Assembly (NCBI GenBank): GCA_964572175.1
Contig: CAZNEH010000001.1
Coordinates: 9,788 to 73,787 of the forward strand
DNA from: an uncultured Gammaproteobacteria bacterium
GTDB lineage: Bacteria > Patescibacteriota > Patescibacteriia > UBA9570 > CAZNEH01
DNA length: 64,000 bases
Reading direction: 5' to 3'
A program made the translations under genes and the position numbers. Below are positions 52,655 through 62,593 of the stretch, piece after piece. Within the stretch, counting starts at the first letter, position 1; every line of letters begins with the position of its first letter. Under the pieces are notes generated by a model. The model did no database searches. It worked only from the letters and a program-made list of their open reading frames with translations, and was not told the origin of the DNA.

Positions 52655-55037
52655 TTTTAGTAACAGCGTTGATTAAGCTATTGGTGCGGACAATTATAGT
52701 TCCATCTTTAAAGGTTTTATAATCTTTGTCCATTTTTACTTGCTCGCGGACATGATCGGTACGCATATGGCTAGGAACATAAGTTTGTGTTTCTCTCATT
52801 CTTTCGCCTGGGTCAGCGTATTCTATTTCTACATGAAGACCTTCTTCCTCTAGGTCTTTTTTAAATTTAGCAATACTTGCATTTTCTTCAGCTCGGGCTT
52901 CAGTGATGTGGCTGACTTGAGGTAGGCGAAGAGTTATTCCTTCGTCTCTGGCTAAAGCTCGGCCTTCTTTTTCTGCGGCTTCAACAGCCTCTCGGTATTT
53001 TTCTCGATAGGCTTCTAGGTTTACTAAAGATTGCTGGTTAACTTCGTCTAAATCTATTTTTTCTGTGCCAGTATATTTGTTTAAAAGGTCAACGTAAATA
53101 TTATCAATAGTTTGTTGGACTAGTTCAGCAACTTGTTGGCGAATAGTAGGGTCGTCGATTTCACAAAAGCGTTCAACTATTTCTTGAGCAGAAAAACGAT
53201 GAGAGTTTTTAGCAGTGATTAGGGTTTCTATATTTTCTTGTTGCTCCGGAGCTAAAGCTTGCCAAGCTGGTGGAAGATTTTCTTGAATATCTACTAAAGC
53301 GTTTATTCTGGATTCCATTACTAGAGAGGTGGATAGCTCTCTCCAATGAGCTCGAACAAAGCGGACCAACTCTAAGGTTCCTTTTTTGGGGTTTTCAATA
53401 GAGGCTATGCTTTCAGCTGGCTTATCTTTTTTATTTTCTGGATCAATAATAAGATAAGTTTCTAATTGGTGAATTGCGGACTGCTCTTGTCTTTCTACTT
53501 CTTCTCCTTCTTGATTTTCTGGAGAGCGTTCTTTTTGCTTAGAGATACTTAGTTGACGAACAGTTTGACCATGGATTAAAGCTAGGGCATAGGCTTTAAG
53601 AATTAAAGACCTGTCATTATCAGGACTTACTAATAGATTATAATCGAGATCAAAACTTTCGGTTACAATGACATCACTATTTTCATCTAAAGCATAAAAA
53701 CCAGCTTCTCTAGAAGGGTGTTTTTTTGTAGGTGGGACAAGATGAATGGTTAATCCAGGTGAGACTCGATAAGTTCCTTTTTTAATACCTAAAGACGGGT
53801 ATTTTTTAATTTCTTCAGTTAAGCGATCACAGAATTGGGTTAAAGTAGTTTTTTGCTCAGGCGATAATTCTTGATTTTCCATAAATTCTTCTGGGAGAAC
53901 ATTTTTTTCATCAATGTAAACGATTCTAGACGGATCAATTGGGATTGATAATTCTTCAGAATGTATTATTCCTTCCCTTGGCTGTAAATTATTTTTTGTT
54001 TGCCAGTCATCACCAAAGACAAAGTCTGCTTGTTTATTGAGAGAGTCTAGAAGTTTTTTCTTTTTATCAGCGGATTTTTTATGTTTAATAGCGGCGTCTA
54101 AAAAAGAATTAATGTCTTCAGGGGTATTTTCGCTGATAAATAATTTTTTTCTAATTAAGCGTTGAGTTCTGGGTTTATTAGGGTTGTCTTCTATGGGAAA
54201 CATTAACTCATCAGGAGATTTGTCTATTTTTGGTATTTTTTGATCTGTAATTTGATTCATTATGCCGTAAAATTTTTCCTGTGAATCATTCATTATTCTA
54301 TTTTTTCCTAAGCCTAAAGCAATTATTCTAGCTTCATCTTTGTGCCCCATTTTGTATAATTGATAAGCTACTTCAGTAGAGTACTCCTCAATGATTAATT
54401 GGGCTTCAGGAGATTTTTTACCCCCTGGGTTTTCTGAAAAAGCCATTTTCATAGCAGTGGGATAAAATCCATACTTAATAACTTCGTCCATATTTAAATT
54501 TTTTTCAGGATGTTTTTGTATTTCTAATTTGGCGGCCTCTATTAATTCATTAAAAAAATTGGCGCAGTGTTCAGGGGTGTTTTTTCCTTCAGGAAATTCT
54601 CCCATTTTAGAAAGACCCTTAGCCATGGCTTCATGGATTCGTTTGTGCACTAATAATAATTGAGATTCTATACGACTATCTGGTTCTGCTTGGGATATTT
54701 CATAAAAAGATGCTTCTAGTTGAACCCAAAAAGCCAAAAAGGCGCCAGCTTTAGTAGATTTTTTTTTAGAAGTAAAAGCAGGTTCAAAAATAGCTTCAAT
54801 ATCCCGCTTCATTTTCTTATTAGCTAGGGTCAATTTTTTATATCCATCCGGGTCTTGTTGAAGGGTTTCTCTAAGAGCTATTCCGTCTTCGTTTATTTTT
54901 CTAAGTTGTTCAGTGAGGTTATCGGCGACTTCATTAGTAGGTAAGGAGTCTAATTCATTTATTGCGCGTTCTGGTCTAGTAGCAGCCCGTTGTTGTTTTC
55001 TTTTTCTGCGACGACGACTCGGGTTTTTTTTAGCCAT
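52641..55037 (-). CDS. large hypothetical protein (798 aa) with basic N-terminus
   Basis: Long ORF with no recognisable motif. Confidence 0.5.
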   Translation of the reverse strand: MAKKNPSRRRRKRKQQRAATRPERAINELDSLPTNEVADNLTEQLRKINEDGIALRETLQQDPDGYKKLTLANKKMKRDIEAIFEPAFTSKKKSTKAGAFLAFWVQLEASFYEISQAEPDSRIESQLLLVHKRIHEAMAKGLSKMGEFPEGKNTPEHCANFFNELIEAAKLEIQKHPEKNLNMDEVIKYGFYPTAMKMAFSENPGGKKSPEAQLIIEEYSTEVAYQLYKMGHKDEARIIALGLGKNRIMNDSQEKFYGIMNQITDQKIPKIDKSPDELMFPIEDNPNKPRTQRLIRKKLFISENTPEDINSFLDAAIKHKKSADKKKKLLDSLNKQADFVFGDDWQTKNNLQPREGIIHSEELSIPIDPSRIVYIDEKNVLPEEFMENQELSPEQKTTLTQFCDRLTEEIKKYPSLGIKKGTYRVSPGLTIHLVPPTKKHPSREAGFYALDENSDVIVTESFDLDYNLLVSPDNDRSLILKAYALALIHGQTVRQLSISKQKERSPENQEGEEVERQEQSAIHQLETYLIIDPENKKDKPAESIASIENPKKGTLELVRFVRAHWRELSTSLVMESRINALVDIQENLPPAWQALAPEQQENIETLITAKNSHRFSAQEIVERFCEIDDPTIRQQVAELVQQTIDNIYVDLLNKYTGTEKIDLDEVNQQSLVNLEAYREKYREAVEAAEKEGRALARDEGITLRLPQVSHITEARAEENASIAKFKKDLEEEGLHVEIEYADPGERMRETQTYVPSHMRTDHVREQVKMDKDYKTFKDGTIIVRTNSLINAVTKIISS

Positions 55038-55049
55038 ATTTTTATTTAT

Positions 55050-55988
55050 CTAAGCTTGTTCGATAAGATATTTGATAATTGCTTTTTGGGCGTGCATCCT
55101 GTTTTCAGCTTGGTCGAAGATTAAAGCGCTAGGATGGTCAACAGCGTCGCGAGTGATTTCATAACCCAAGTGACAAGGCATACAGTGCATGATCTTAGCT
55201 TGAGGGCAATATTTTTCGATTAATCCAGCGTTTAATTGAAAAGGTTTGAATTTTTCAATCCGAGCGTCGTATTCTGCTTTGAATTCTGGTTTTACTTCAC
55301 CGTCTTCAAAAAATTCCATGTCCATCCAAGTGTCGGTATGAACATAGTTAGTGTCTTTTAAGGCTTCTTCTAAATCAGTAGTGTAGGTAACTAGGCCAGT
55401 GTCGTTAGCTTGTTTGTTTAATTCTTCGTCTACACTAGCTTCGTTTACTTCTGGAGCGCAAATAGCTACTTCAATACCTAGTTTAGCGCAAATAAGTTTT
55501 AAAGTATTAGAAACATTATTTTCGATTCCGAGCCAAGTTACTTTTTGGATGTTTTCAATTCCACCGGCGTCTTCGGCCATGGTTAGAACATCAGCAAAAG
55601 ATTGGCAAGGATGATATTTTTCAGAGCAAGCGTCAATAACTGGGATTTGGTTTTGGGCAGCGGCAGTAACTACATCGTCTGCTTTTACAGCTCTAAACAT
55701 TAAACATTGGCCATATCTCATTACGGCTTTGATTTCGTCTTTAAATTCTGTTAAAGCAAATTGAGTGGTTCGAGAATCTAGGAAGATTCCGTGTCCTCCT
55801 AGCTCGGTCATTCCAGCTTCAAAAGAAAGACGAGTTCTAGTAGAAGTTTTTTGGAAAAGCATTACTAGAGTTTTGTTTTTTAATAACCCGCCATACTTTT
55901 CTTTGTCTGCCTTAATAGCCATGGCTTGGTTAATAACGTCTTTGATTTCCTCCGCGCTCCAGTCTTTTAGTGAAATTAAATGTTTCAT
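55050..55988 (-). CDS. arcB: ornithine carbamoyltransferase (catabolic type likely)
   Basis: STRTR carbamoyl-phosphate binding motif and HCMP(C) (HCLP-like) motif. Adjacent to carbamate kinase. Confidence 0.75.
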   Translation of the reverse strand: MKHLISLKDWSAEEIKDVINQAMAIKADKEKYGGLLKNKTLVMLFQKTSTRTRLSFEAGMTELGGHGIFLDSRTTQFALTEFKDEIKAVMRYGQCLMFRAVKADDVVTAAAQNQIPVIDACSEKYHPCQSFADVLTMAEDAGGIENIQKVTWLGIENNVSNTLKLICAKLGIEVAICAPEVNEASVDEELNKQANDTGLVTYTTDLEEALKDTNYVHTDTWMDMEFFEDGEVKPEFKAEYDARIEKFKPFQLNAGLIEKYCPQAKIMHCMPCHLGYEITRDAVDHPSALIFDQAENRMHAQKAIIKYLIEQA

Positions 55989-56032
55989 GTTTTTATTGAG
56001 ACGCGATGAATCGTGTCTTTACTAATTATTAT

Positions 56033-56923
56033 TTATTTTATTATATGGGTTCCGGTTTGGTTTTGCAAGGCTTCTAAAAGTTTAAATGGGTGAGTGATGA
56101 TTACTTTTTGGCCGCCAGCTTTAATAAAGTTTATAGCGGCTTCTATCTTGGGTAACATACTGCCAGGAGAAAAATGATTTTCTGAAATATATTTTTCTAA
56201 TTGAGTTAGATTTATTTCTCCTAAGCATTCTTGGTCCGGAGTGTTGAAATTTAAGCAAACTTGTTCTATGTCAGTTAAGATTACAAAGATGTCGGAATTG
56301 GTTTCATTAGCCAGTAATTGGCCGGCGCGGTCTTTGTCAATTACGGCGTCAACGCCTTTTAATTTATCATCTTCTTTGATTACGGGAATTCCGCCGCCTC
56401 CGCAAGCAATAGTTAAAATATTTTGGTCAATTAATTTTTTAATGGTCTCTATCTCGATTATTTCTTGAGGCAGGGGAGAGGCAACTATTTTTCGATAGCC
56501 GCGACCAGCATCTTCGATCATGGTTTCCCCTTTTACAGGTTCTTTATAAAAAGGGCCCACTGGTTTAGAAGGTTTTTTAAAAGACGCATCTTCTTTATTA
56601 ACTAAGACTTGAGTAACTATAGTAGCGGCTTTGATGTTTTGGTTGGTTAGAGATTGTTGAATTAAATAACCGATTTGTCCTTGGGTTTGGGCTCCGCACA
56701 TAAACATAGGTAAGGCAGGGACTTGTTTTTTTCCAGCTTCGTGTTGGATAAGTAAGTTTCCAACTTGAGGGCCGTTTCCATGAGCAATGATTATTTGGTG
56801 ATTTTGGTGAAGCTCCGCGATTTGAGCCATAGTTTTATCAATGTTTTCGGCTTGTTCTTGATAAGTGCCCTTTTGTTTAGCGCTAATAATGGCGTTTCCG
56901 CCTAAAGCAATTGTAATCCTCAT
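56033..56923 (-). CDS. arcC: carbamate kinase
   Basis: MRITIALGGNAI N-terminus and amino-acid-kinase fold blocks. Confidence 0.85.
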   Translation of the reverse strand: MRITIALGGNAIISAKQKGTYQEQAENIDKTMAQIAELHQNHQIIIAHGNGPQVGNLLIQHEAGKKQVPALPMFMCGAQTQGQIGYLIQQSLTNQNIKAATIVTQVLVNKEDASFKKPSKPVGPFYKEPVKGETMIEDAGRGYRKIVASPLPQEIIEIETIKKLIDQNILTIACGGGGIPVIKEDDKLKGVDAVIDKDRAGQLLANETNSDIFVILTDIEQVCLNFNTPDQECLGEINLTQLEKYISENHFSPGSMLPKIEAAINFIKAGGQKVIITHPFKLLEALQNQTGTHIIK

Positions 56924-56988
56924 ATAATTTTATTAAAAATAGAAAACACCCTGAATGGGTGTCTTCTATTATATCAAACGATATAGGG

Positions 56989-58119
56989 TTAGTAAACTCT
57001 AAGGCGGACGCGGTTAGAGATTGTTTCTCCACCGCTATTTTTTACTTTAAAGTAGTAAATTCCTTTTTTATTTGGCTTTACTTTACGATAATAATAGCCG
57101 TTATCGTTTAAAGTTTCTAAATCAGCTTTTTGAATTAAGTTATATCCTTTAACACCTAGTTTTTTACGATAAAGCTTTAATTCTTCCCCGGCTTCTTGAT
57201 TTTTATACCATCCGTATAATTTAGCGGTTTGGCCTTTTAGTTGAGCCTTGCGCTTTAGGGCGGCGCTCATCTCAGAAGCTTGTTTAGCAAAAGCAGTTTT
57301 AGAAACAGTGGTTGAGGACATAGTGCTGCTAGATACAGAAGTAGCGGTGCTTCCAGAAAAAGTTACATTAATATCAAAGATTATTCCACCGTCATCTGTA
57401 ATAGTGTTGTTGATATTGGCTTGATAATCATCAATGTAAAGAGCTAGATCTTCAGCAGTGATGGTTTCACCACTCATGGTGCTCATTAGATCAAGCATAG
57501 TAGAAGGCATGTAAATACCGAAGTATCCAGTTTCTCCAGCAGGTCCATTTAAAGTTAGGCCAAATCCCATTTCTTCTGGTCCAGAGGGAGGAAAGATTTC
57601 CCAATCATTAATATCACAGTAGATGTAGCCGCCAGCCATAGATGCTGGAGGACCTACTGTTTCTGGGCTTTCTAGGGTTGGGTCTGCAACTGGGTCTATG
57701 AATACAAAGGCAGATTCGCTGCTTTCAGTGGTTTGTCCAGGAATCATGAATTGATCTGCTTCCCAAACAACAGTGGCTTGGGAGGTTGTAGAATCCCAGG
57801 TGTAAGAACTTATTTTCCCTCCGCTAATTAAAAGCATTGGGGCATAAGTGTAATCAGAAACAGTAAATACGCCGGTCATCACAGTGCCGACTAATGCATC
57901 GGCATAGCTTACTCCAAAGGTGTCTTCGGTAATTCCAGCTTCAGGCGGCATAGATGGGGTGTCAGCCACGGTTAGGGCGTCGGCGACTCCATCAGAGTCT
58001 AGGTCAGCAGAGCCAGTATAGGTGATACTGTCTACACTAACTTCATAGGCATAAGCGCCCATGGGAGCTAATAATAAAACAAAAGCTCCGATAGCCATAA
58101 TAAAGAGAGCTTTTTTCAT
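56989..58119 (-). CDS. secreted surface protein with Lys-rich FN3-like C-terminal domain (paralogue of the 60604..61686 product)
   Basis: Signal peptide. Shared blocks WEIFPPSGPEEMGFGLTLNGPAGETGYFGIYMPS and IFDINVTFSGSTA. Confidence 0.65.
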   Translation of the reverse strand: MKKALFIMAIGAFVLLLAPMGAYAYEVSVDSITYTGSADLDSDGVADALTVADTPSMPPEAGITEDTFGVSYADALVGTVMTGVFTVSDYTYAPMLLISGGKISSYTWDSTTSQATVVWEADQFMIPGQTTESSESAFVFIDPVADPTLESPETVGPPASMAGGYIYCDINDWEIFPPSGPEEMGFGLTLNGPAGETGYFGIYMPSTMLDLMSTMSGETITAEDLALYIDDYQANINNTITDDGGIIFDINVTFSGSTATSVSSSTMSSTTVSKTAFAKQASEMSAALKRKAQLKGQTAKLYGWYKNQEAGEELKLYRKKLGVKGYNLIQKADLETLNDNGYYYRKVKPNKKGIYYFKVKNSGGETISNRVRLRVY

Positions 58120-58183
58120 AGGTTTCTCCTTTAATTTTTAGATGTTTTTATTATATCATATTTTGTGCTATAATATAAACATT

Positions 58184-59230
58184 ATGGAGGAAATCTTAAA
58201 TTATTATTTGTGGCAAGAAGAGGTACTAGGTAATTTAGTGCAAAATTATTTATTTTGTTTTATCACTTTATTTTGTTTGGTTTTATTTTTTGGGGTATTT
58301 AAAAAGTATTTAGTTCATCGTTTAGAGAAGTGGGCTCAAAAAACAGAGACAGAATTTGATGATATTATAGTTGATCTAGCCGGGTCTATTAAGATTTGGT
58401 TTTATTTTTATACAGCTTTATGGCTGAGTTTGTTTTGGCTGGAAATAAACACCACAGCGCAAAGAGTGTTGAATGTTTTATTTATAATTTTAGTTTTTTA
58501 TCAAGGAGTAAAATTTGTGCAGGCGTTGATAGAGTATTTTGCTAGCCAGAAATTTGATCAAGAAAAAGAATATAAGAAAAAAGTTGATTTATTAAGTAAG
58601 TTGGCTCAAGGGGTAATGTGGGCTTTGGGATTGTTGTTAATTTTATCTAACTTAGGAATTGATATTAATGCTTTGATCGCGGGTCTGGGAATTGGAGGGA
58701 TTGCTATAGCTTTAGCTTCACAAAATATTTTAGGAGATTTATTTGCTTCGTTTACAGTTTATTTGGACCAGCCGTTTGAATTAGGAGATTTTATCGTAGT
58801 GGGCAAGGAGTCTGGAACTGTAGAAAAAATAGGAATAAAAACAACTCGTTTAAAAGCAATGACTGGAGAGGAAATTATTATTGCCAACAAAGATGTTACT
58901 AGTGCCCGGATCAAGAATTATCGTAAGATGAAAACTAGGTTTGTGACTTTTGATTTAACTCTAGATTATAAAACTAAAAAAATAGAAAAAATACCTGATT
59001 TAATTACTCAATCTGTAAAAGGGATTAAGGATGTGAAGTTTAATAGGGCTTTATTAAAAGAATTGGGAAGTTCTGGAATTGTTTTTAATATTGCCTATAC
59101 GGTTCAGTCTCGAGATTGGCAAAAATACTTGGAGATAAATCAAGAGGTATTATTTAAAATAAAACAAGCTCTGGATAAAGAAAAGATTAAATTAGCTTAT
59201 CCAACTCAAACTATAAATATTAATAAATAA
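58184..59230 (+). CDS. small-conductance mechanosensitive channel (MscS family)
   Basis: Start moved to the ATG at 58184, downstream of a TATAAT at ~58167. MscS core GIGGIAIALASQNILGDLFASF...GDFIVVG...GTVEKIGIKTTRL. Confidence 0.8.
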   Translation: MEEILNYYLWQEEVLGNLVQNYLFCFITLFCLVLFFGVFKKYLVHRLEKWAQKTETEFDDIIVDLAGSIKIWFYFYTALWLSLFWLEINTTAQRVLNVLFIILVFYQGVKFVQALIEYFASQKFDQEKEYKKKVDLLSKLAQGVMWALGLLLILSNLGIDINALIAGLGIGGIAIALASQNILGDLFASFTVYLDQPFELGDFIVVGKESGTVEKIGIKTTRLKAMTGEEIIIANKDVTSARIKNYRKMKTRFVTFDLTLDYKTKKIEKIPDLITQSVKGIKDVKFNRALLKELGSSGIVFNIAYTVQSRDWQKYLEINQEVLFKIKQALDKEKIKLAYPTQTININK

Positions 59231-59234
59231 AATT

Positions 59235-60560
59235 ATGCGTGGAGGAAAAATTTTAGGCCTAATAATAATTATGGCTTTTGTTTTTTGTTTAGCCCCGACT
59301 GCTATTTACGCGGCAGATTTAGATGGAGATGGTATAAATAACGCTGACGATCTAGACGATGACGGAGATGGGTATCTAGATTCTATAGAAAAGAAAAAAT
59401 ATCGCAAAGATACTGATAATGACGGAATTAAAAATTCTAAAGATAAAGATGATGACGGAGATGGTATTAAAGACACAAAGGAGGATGATGGAGAGGAATT
59501 AGATGGGGACAATGATGGTATTTTAGACGAAAAAGAAAACAGAAAGACTAAATCTAAGAATGATGAGGATGCTGACGGTATTCCAGATTGGATAGAATTG
59601 AAAAAATATCAGAATAATCATGATAATGATAAATACAAGGACAAAAAAGATACAGATGATGATCAAGATGGAATAAAAGATTCAAAAGAATCTAAAAGTA
59701 ATAGGCTTAATCATGATAATAATGGGAAAAAAGATAAATTAGATACCGATGATGATAATGATGGATTTGATGATTATGAAGATACTGCTGGGCATTTTAA
59801 TCATGATAATGATAAAAAAGATGATAAAGCAGACACTGATGATGATAATGATGGAATAAGTGATAAAAACGATGATTATTCTTGGGATCATGATAATGAT
59901 GGATTATCTGACTTAAAAGACACAGACGATGACAATGATGGGATTAGTGATGAGGATGAGCCAGAAGGTTATGCTTGGGATCATGATAATGATGGACTAA
60001 AAGATAAAAAAGACACAGATGATGATAATGATGGTATTTATGATTGGGAAGATGAGTATTTCTGGGACCATGACAATGATGGAATGGATGATTATGATGA
60101 CTGGGATGATGATGGAGATGGAATCCCAGATTGGGAAGATGAGTATTTTTGGGATCATGATAATGATGGGACTGATGACTGGCTAGATGATGACGATGAC
60201 AATGATGGGATTTATGATTGGGAAGATATGTATTCTTGGGATGAGGATAATGATGGAACAGATGATTGGATGGATGAAGATTATGAGGGAAATGATGAAT
60301 GGGAAGACTATGATTATGAAAATTATAATCCAGAAGAAGACGGAATGCCAGATTGGGATGGTGAATGGGAAGAAGATGGAGTAGAAGTTCCCGGAGATGA
60401 TGAAGAGGGTGAGATGCCTGAGGATGATACAGAAGAAGTGCCAGGTGATGACACAGAAGAGGATCCTGGAGACTACCCAGATGATGAAGATCCTGGAGAT
60501 TATCCTGATGAAGATCCTGGAGATTATCCTGAAGATCCAGAAATACCAATAAGTTTATAA
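59235..60560 (+). CDS. secreted Asp-rich calcium-binding protein with thrombospondin type-3-like repeats
   Basis: Signal peptide. More than 15 D-x-D-x-D-G-x-x-D motifs (DTDDDNDGISD, DHDNDGLSD). Confidence 0.7.
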   Translation: MRGGKILGLIIIMAFVFCLAPTAIYAADLDGDGINNADDLDDDGDGYLDSIEKKKYRKDTDNDGIKNSKDKDDDGDGIKDTKEDDGEELDGDNDGILDEKENRKTKSKNDEDADGIPDWIELKKYQNNHDNDKYKDKKDTDDDQDGIKDSKESKSNRLNHDNNGKKDKLDTDDDNDGFDDYEDTAGHFNHDNDKKDDKADTDDDNDGISDKNDDYSWDHDNDGLSDLKDTDDDNDGISDEDEPEGYAWDHDNDGLKDKKDTDDDNDGIYDWEDEYFWDHDNDGMDDYDDWDDDGDGIPDWEDEYFWDHDNDGTDDWLDDDDDNDGIYDWEDMYSWDEDNDGTDDWMDEDYEGNDEWEDYDYENYNPEEDGMPDWDGEWEEDGVEVPGDDEEGEMPEDDTEEVPGDDTEEDPGDYPDDEDPGDYPDEDPGDYPEDPEIPISL

Positions 60561-60565
60561 AACAA

Positions 60566-60597
60566 AAGACCCTGATCTATTCAGGGTCTTTTTTGTT
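60566..60597. terminator. bidirectional rho-independent terminator
   Basis: AAGACCCTG-atctatt-CAGGGTCTT flanked by an A-run and a T-run, between convergent genes. Confidence 0.75.
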
Positions 60598-60603
60598 TGA
60601 GTA

Positions 60604-61686
60604 TTATTTAGTAACTCTAACTTTTTTAACGTTAGTGTACTTCTTTTTCTTTGGCCAATAAACTTTATAAGAAGCAGTTTTCTTTTTCATGGCTGGCCTG
60701 AATTTGAAGTAGCCATTATTGTTTTTTAGAGTAGAAACGTCTTGTTTTACCCATTTTTTCTTACCCAAGGCTTTTCGCCATAAAGACACTTTTTGGTTTT
60801 TCTTACCGTTTTTAATCCATCCAAAACAAGTGAATTTATCACCCTTAGCTTTGCGATAGCTTTTACAAGCAAAGGTACGAGCAGCTTGTTCGCGAACTTT
60901 TACTTGTTTAGTGATTTGTTCTTCTTCTCCGCCAGTACGGCTAGCTAAAGAAGAAATTTTAGTAGTGTTTTCGGAAAAAGTCACTTGGATATCTACTAAA
61001 GCTCCGCCAGTTGTTTCAGTAATAGATAAAGAAGCTTGGTCATCATCTAAGTAAACGGCTAAGTCTGTCCAGTCTAATTCTTCGTCAGCCATTTCACTGA
61101 GCATGTCTTTAGTTCCATCAGACATAAACATTTGAAAAAATCCAGATTCTCCAGTAGTTCCTGAAAGTTGGTATCCGAAGTAAGGAGTGCCTCCATTTTC
61201 ATCAGAGGGAGGAATAAGATTCCAGTTCATTAAATTAGTAGCCATCCAAGAGCCATTCATATCTGTTGGGGGTCCATCTTCTTCTTCAGTTTCAGCAGCC
61301 CAGACAATGGCAATGCCAAAGGGGCTATAAGGGGTAAAATCTCCAGAGCCTTCAATGTACCCAGTATGCTCGGTGCTAACAGTAATAGTTTCGGCAGTAG
61401 AATCGTAAGACCAGTCTTCCATAGTTCCGCCAGTGATTACTACCATGACTGGCTCCTCTGAAACAGAGTAGACTGCAGTGTAGACTTGACCAATGGTGCC
61501 GCTAAATACGTCTAAAGATACTCCTTCAGGAGCATCGTCGTCTTGCCCGGCTAAATCGTTGATGTTAGTAGCATCTGGGGTGATGCTGACTAGCTCTGCG
61601 GTTTCATCTCCAAAAGCTAGGGCTGATCCAGGAAGGATCAAAAAAGCCATCATTAAAACCAATAATGGCAAAATAAACTTTTTCAT
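60604..61686 (-). CDS. secreted surface protein with Lys-rich FN3-like C-terminal domain (paralogue of the 56989..58119 product)
   Basis: Signal peptide. Shared blocks WNLIPPSDENGGTPYFGYQLSGTTGESGFFQMFMS and LVDIQVTFSENTT. Confidence 0.65.
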   Translation of the reverse strand: MKKFILPLLVLMMAFLILPGSALAFGDETAELVSITPDATNINDLAGQDDDAPEGVSLDVFSGTIGQVYTAVYSVSEEPVMVVITGGTMEDWSYDSTAETITVSTEHTGYIEGSGDFTPYSPFGIAIVWAAETEEEDGPPTDMNGSWMATNLMNWNLIPPSDENGGTPYFGYQLSGTTGESGFFQMFMSDGTKDMLSEMADEELDWTDLAVYLDDDQASLSITETTGGALVDIQVTFSENTTKISSLASRTGGEEEQITKQVKVREQAARTFACKSYRKAKGDKFTCFGWIKNGKKNQKVSLWRKALGKKKWVKQDVSTLKNNNGYFKFRPAMKKKTASYKVYWPKKKKYTNVKKVRVTK

Positions 61687-61749
61687 AGTTTTCTCCTTTA
61701 ATTGTTATAAATATTATGTTATTATTAGTATATCATTAAATATAAAAAT

Positions 61750-62589
61750 ATGAAAAAATTGTTACTAATTTTGCCTTTAGTTGTTTTGTTATTAATGGGG
61801 GCAAGTTGTACTGATCAAGATGATCAAACTGGAGATACAAGTGAATTAAAAGCAGAAAAATTTGAATTAGGCCAAGGACAGACTTTATTAAATTTAAGTG
61901 ATGGTTGGGATTCTGTAGTAGATGAATCTGCAGAGCAAGAAGCAGTGGGTCAAGAAGAGACTTTAGACGAAGACGAGTGGAAAGGGGATCCAGCTCAAGT
62001 GTTAAAAGAAATTTATTTTTCTGGGCCAGTTTCTGGGCAAGTAATGAACCAGGCGCATCATTTAGAAAACTTAGGAGCGACTTTAAAAGGAATAATGGTG
62101 GTTTATCAAGACGGGTCTATTGGTGGAACAGGGACTATTACTTATAACGATGCTAATAGAGTTTGTAAGATAGATATGGGAACAGAAGGAGTTATAGAGT
62201 GTAAATATGCTGGAGTTACAGACGGGACCTTTAATTTAACTGGTGAGATAGTAGATTCTGAGCAGGCTTGTGATTATAGTGAAGAGTGGCTAGGCAATGA
62301 GAATTATCGTTTTAAAACATTTTTTAGCTCAGACCAGAATCCTACAGAAAAAATTAGCTATATAAATAATATTTCTGGGTTAATCCAAGATTTAGATAAT
62401 TATGAGCTACATCAGATTTTACATGCGGGATTATTTGGTCGCAGTCATATGATTTGTCCAATTTTATATGATCCACAGACTTTAAATTTATCAAGTAGCC
62501 AGGCTTCTGGAGAGTTTACTATTGAATTTACTGATGATTTTGGGCAGTTTCAGGATTTACGAGAGACAATGGGCTTAACTGTGCAATAA
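61750..62589 (+). CDS. lipoprotein, hypothetical
   Basis: Signal peptide with lipobox LMGASC. Confidence 0.55.
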   Translation: MKKLLLILPLVVLLLMGASCTDQDDQTGDTSELKAEKFELGQGQTLLNLSDGWDSVVDESAEQEAVGQEETLDEDEWKGDPAQVLKEIYFSGPVSGQVMNQAHHLENLGATLKGIMVVYQDGSIGGTGTITYNDANRVCKIDMGTEGVIECKYAGVTDGTFNLTGEIVDSEQACDYSEEWLGNENYRFKTFFSSDQNPTEKISYINNISGLIQDLDNYELHQILHAGLFGRSHMICPILYDPQTLNLSSSQASGEFTIEFTDDFGQFQDLRETMGLTVQ

Positions 62590-62593
62590 TTAT

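Noticed and set aside
58142-58183. Track start at 58142 for the MscS gene
   Set aside because: It would place the start codon upstream of the TATAAT -10 element. The ATG at 58184 (MEEILNYYLW) directly follows the promoter.
59944-60549. 201-aa His-rich ORF antisense to the Asp-rich TSP3 protein
   Set aside because: Reverse complement of GAT/GAC-rich repeats (ATC/GTC gives His/Leu-rich). There is no expression signal and it is a compositional artefact.
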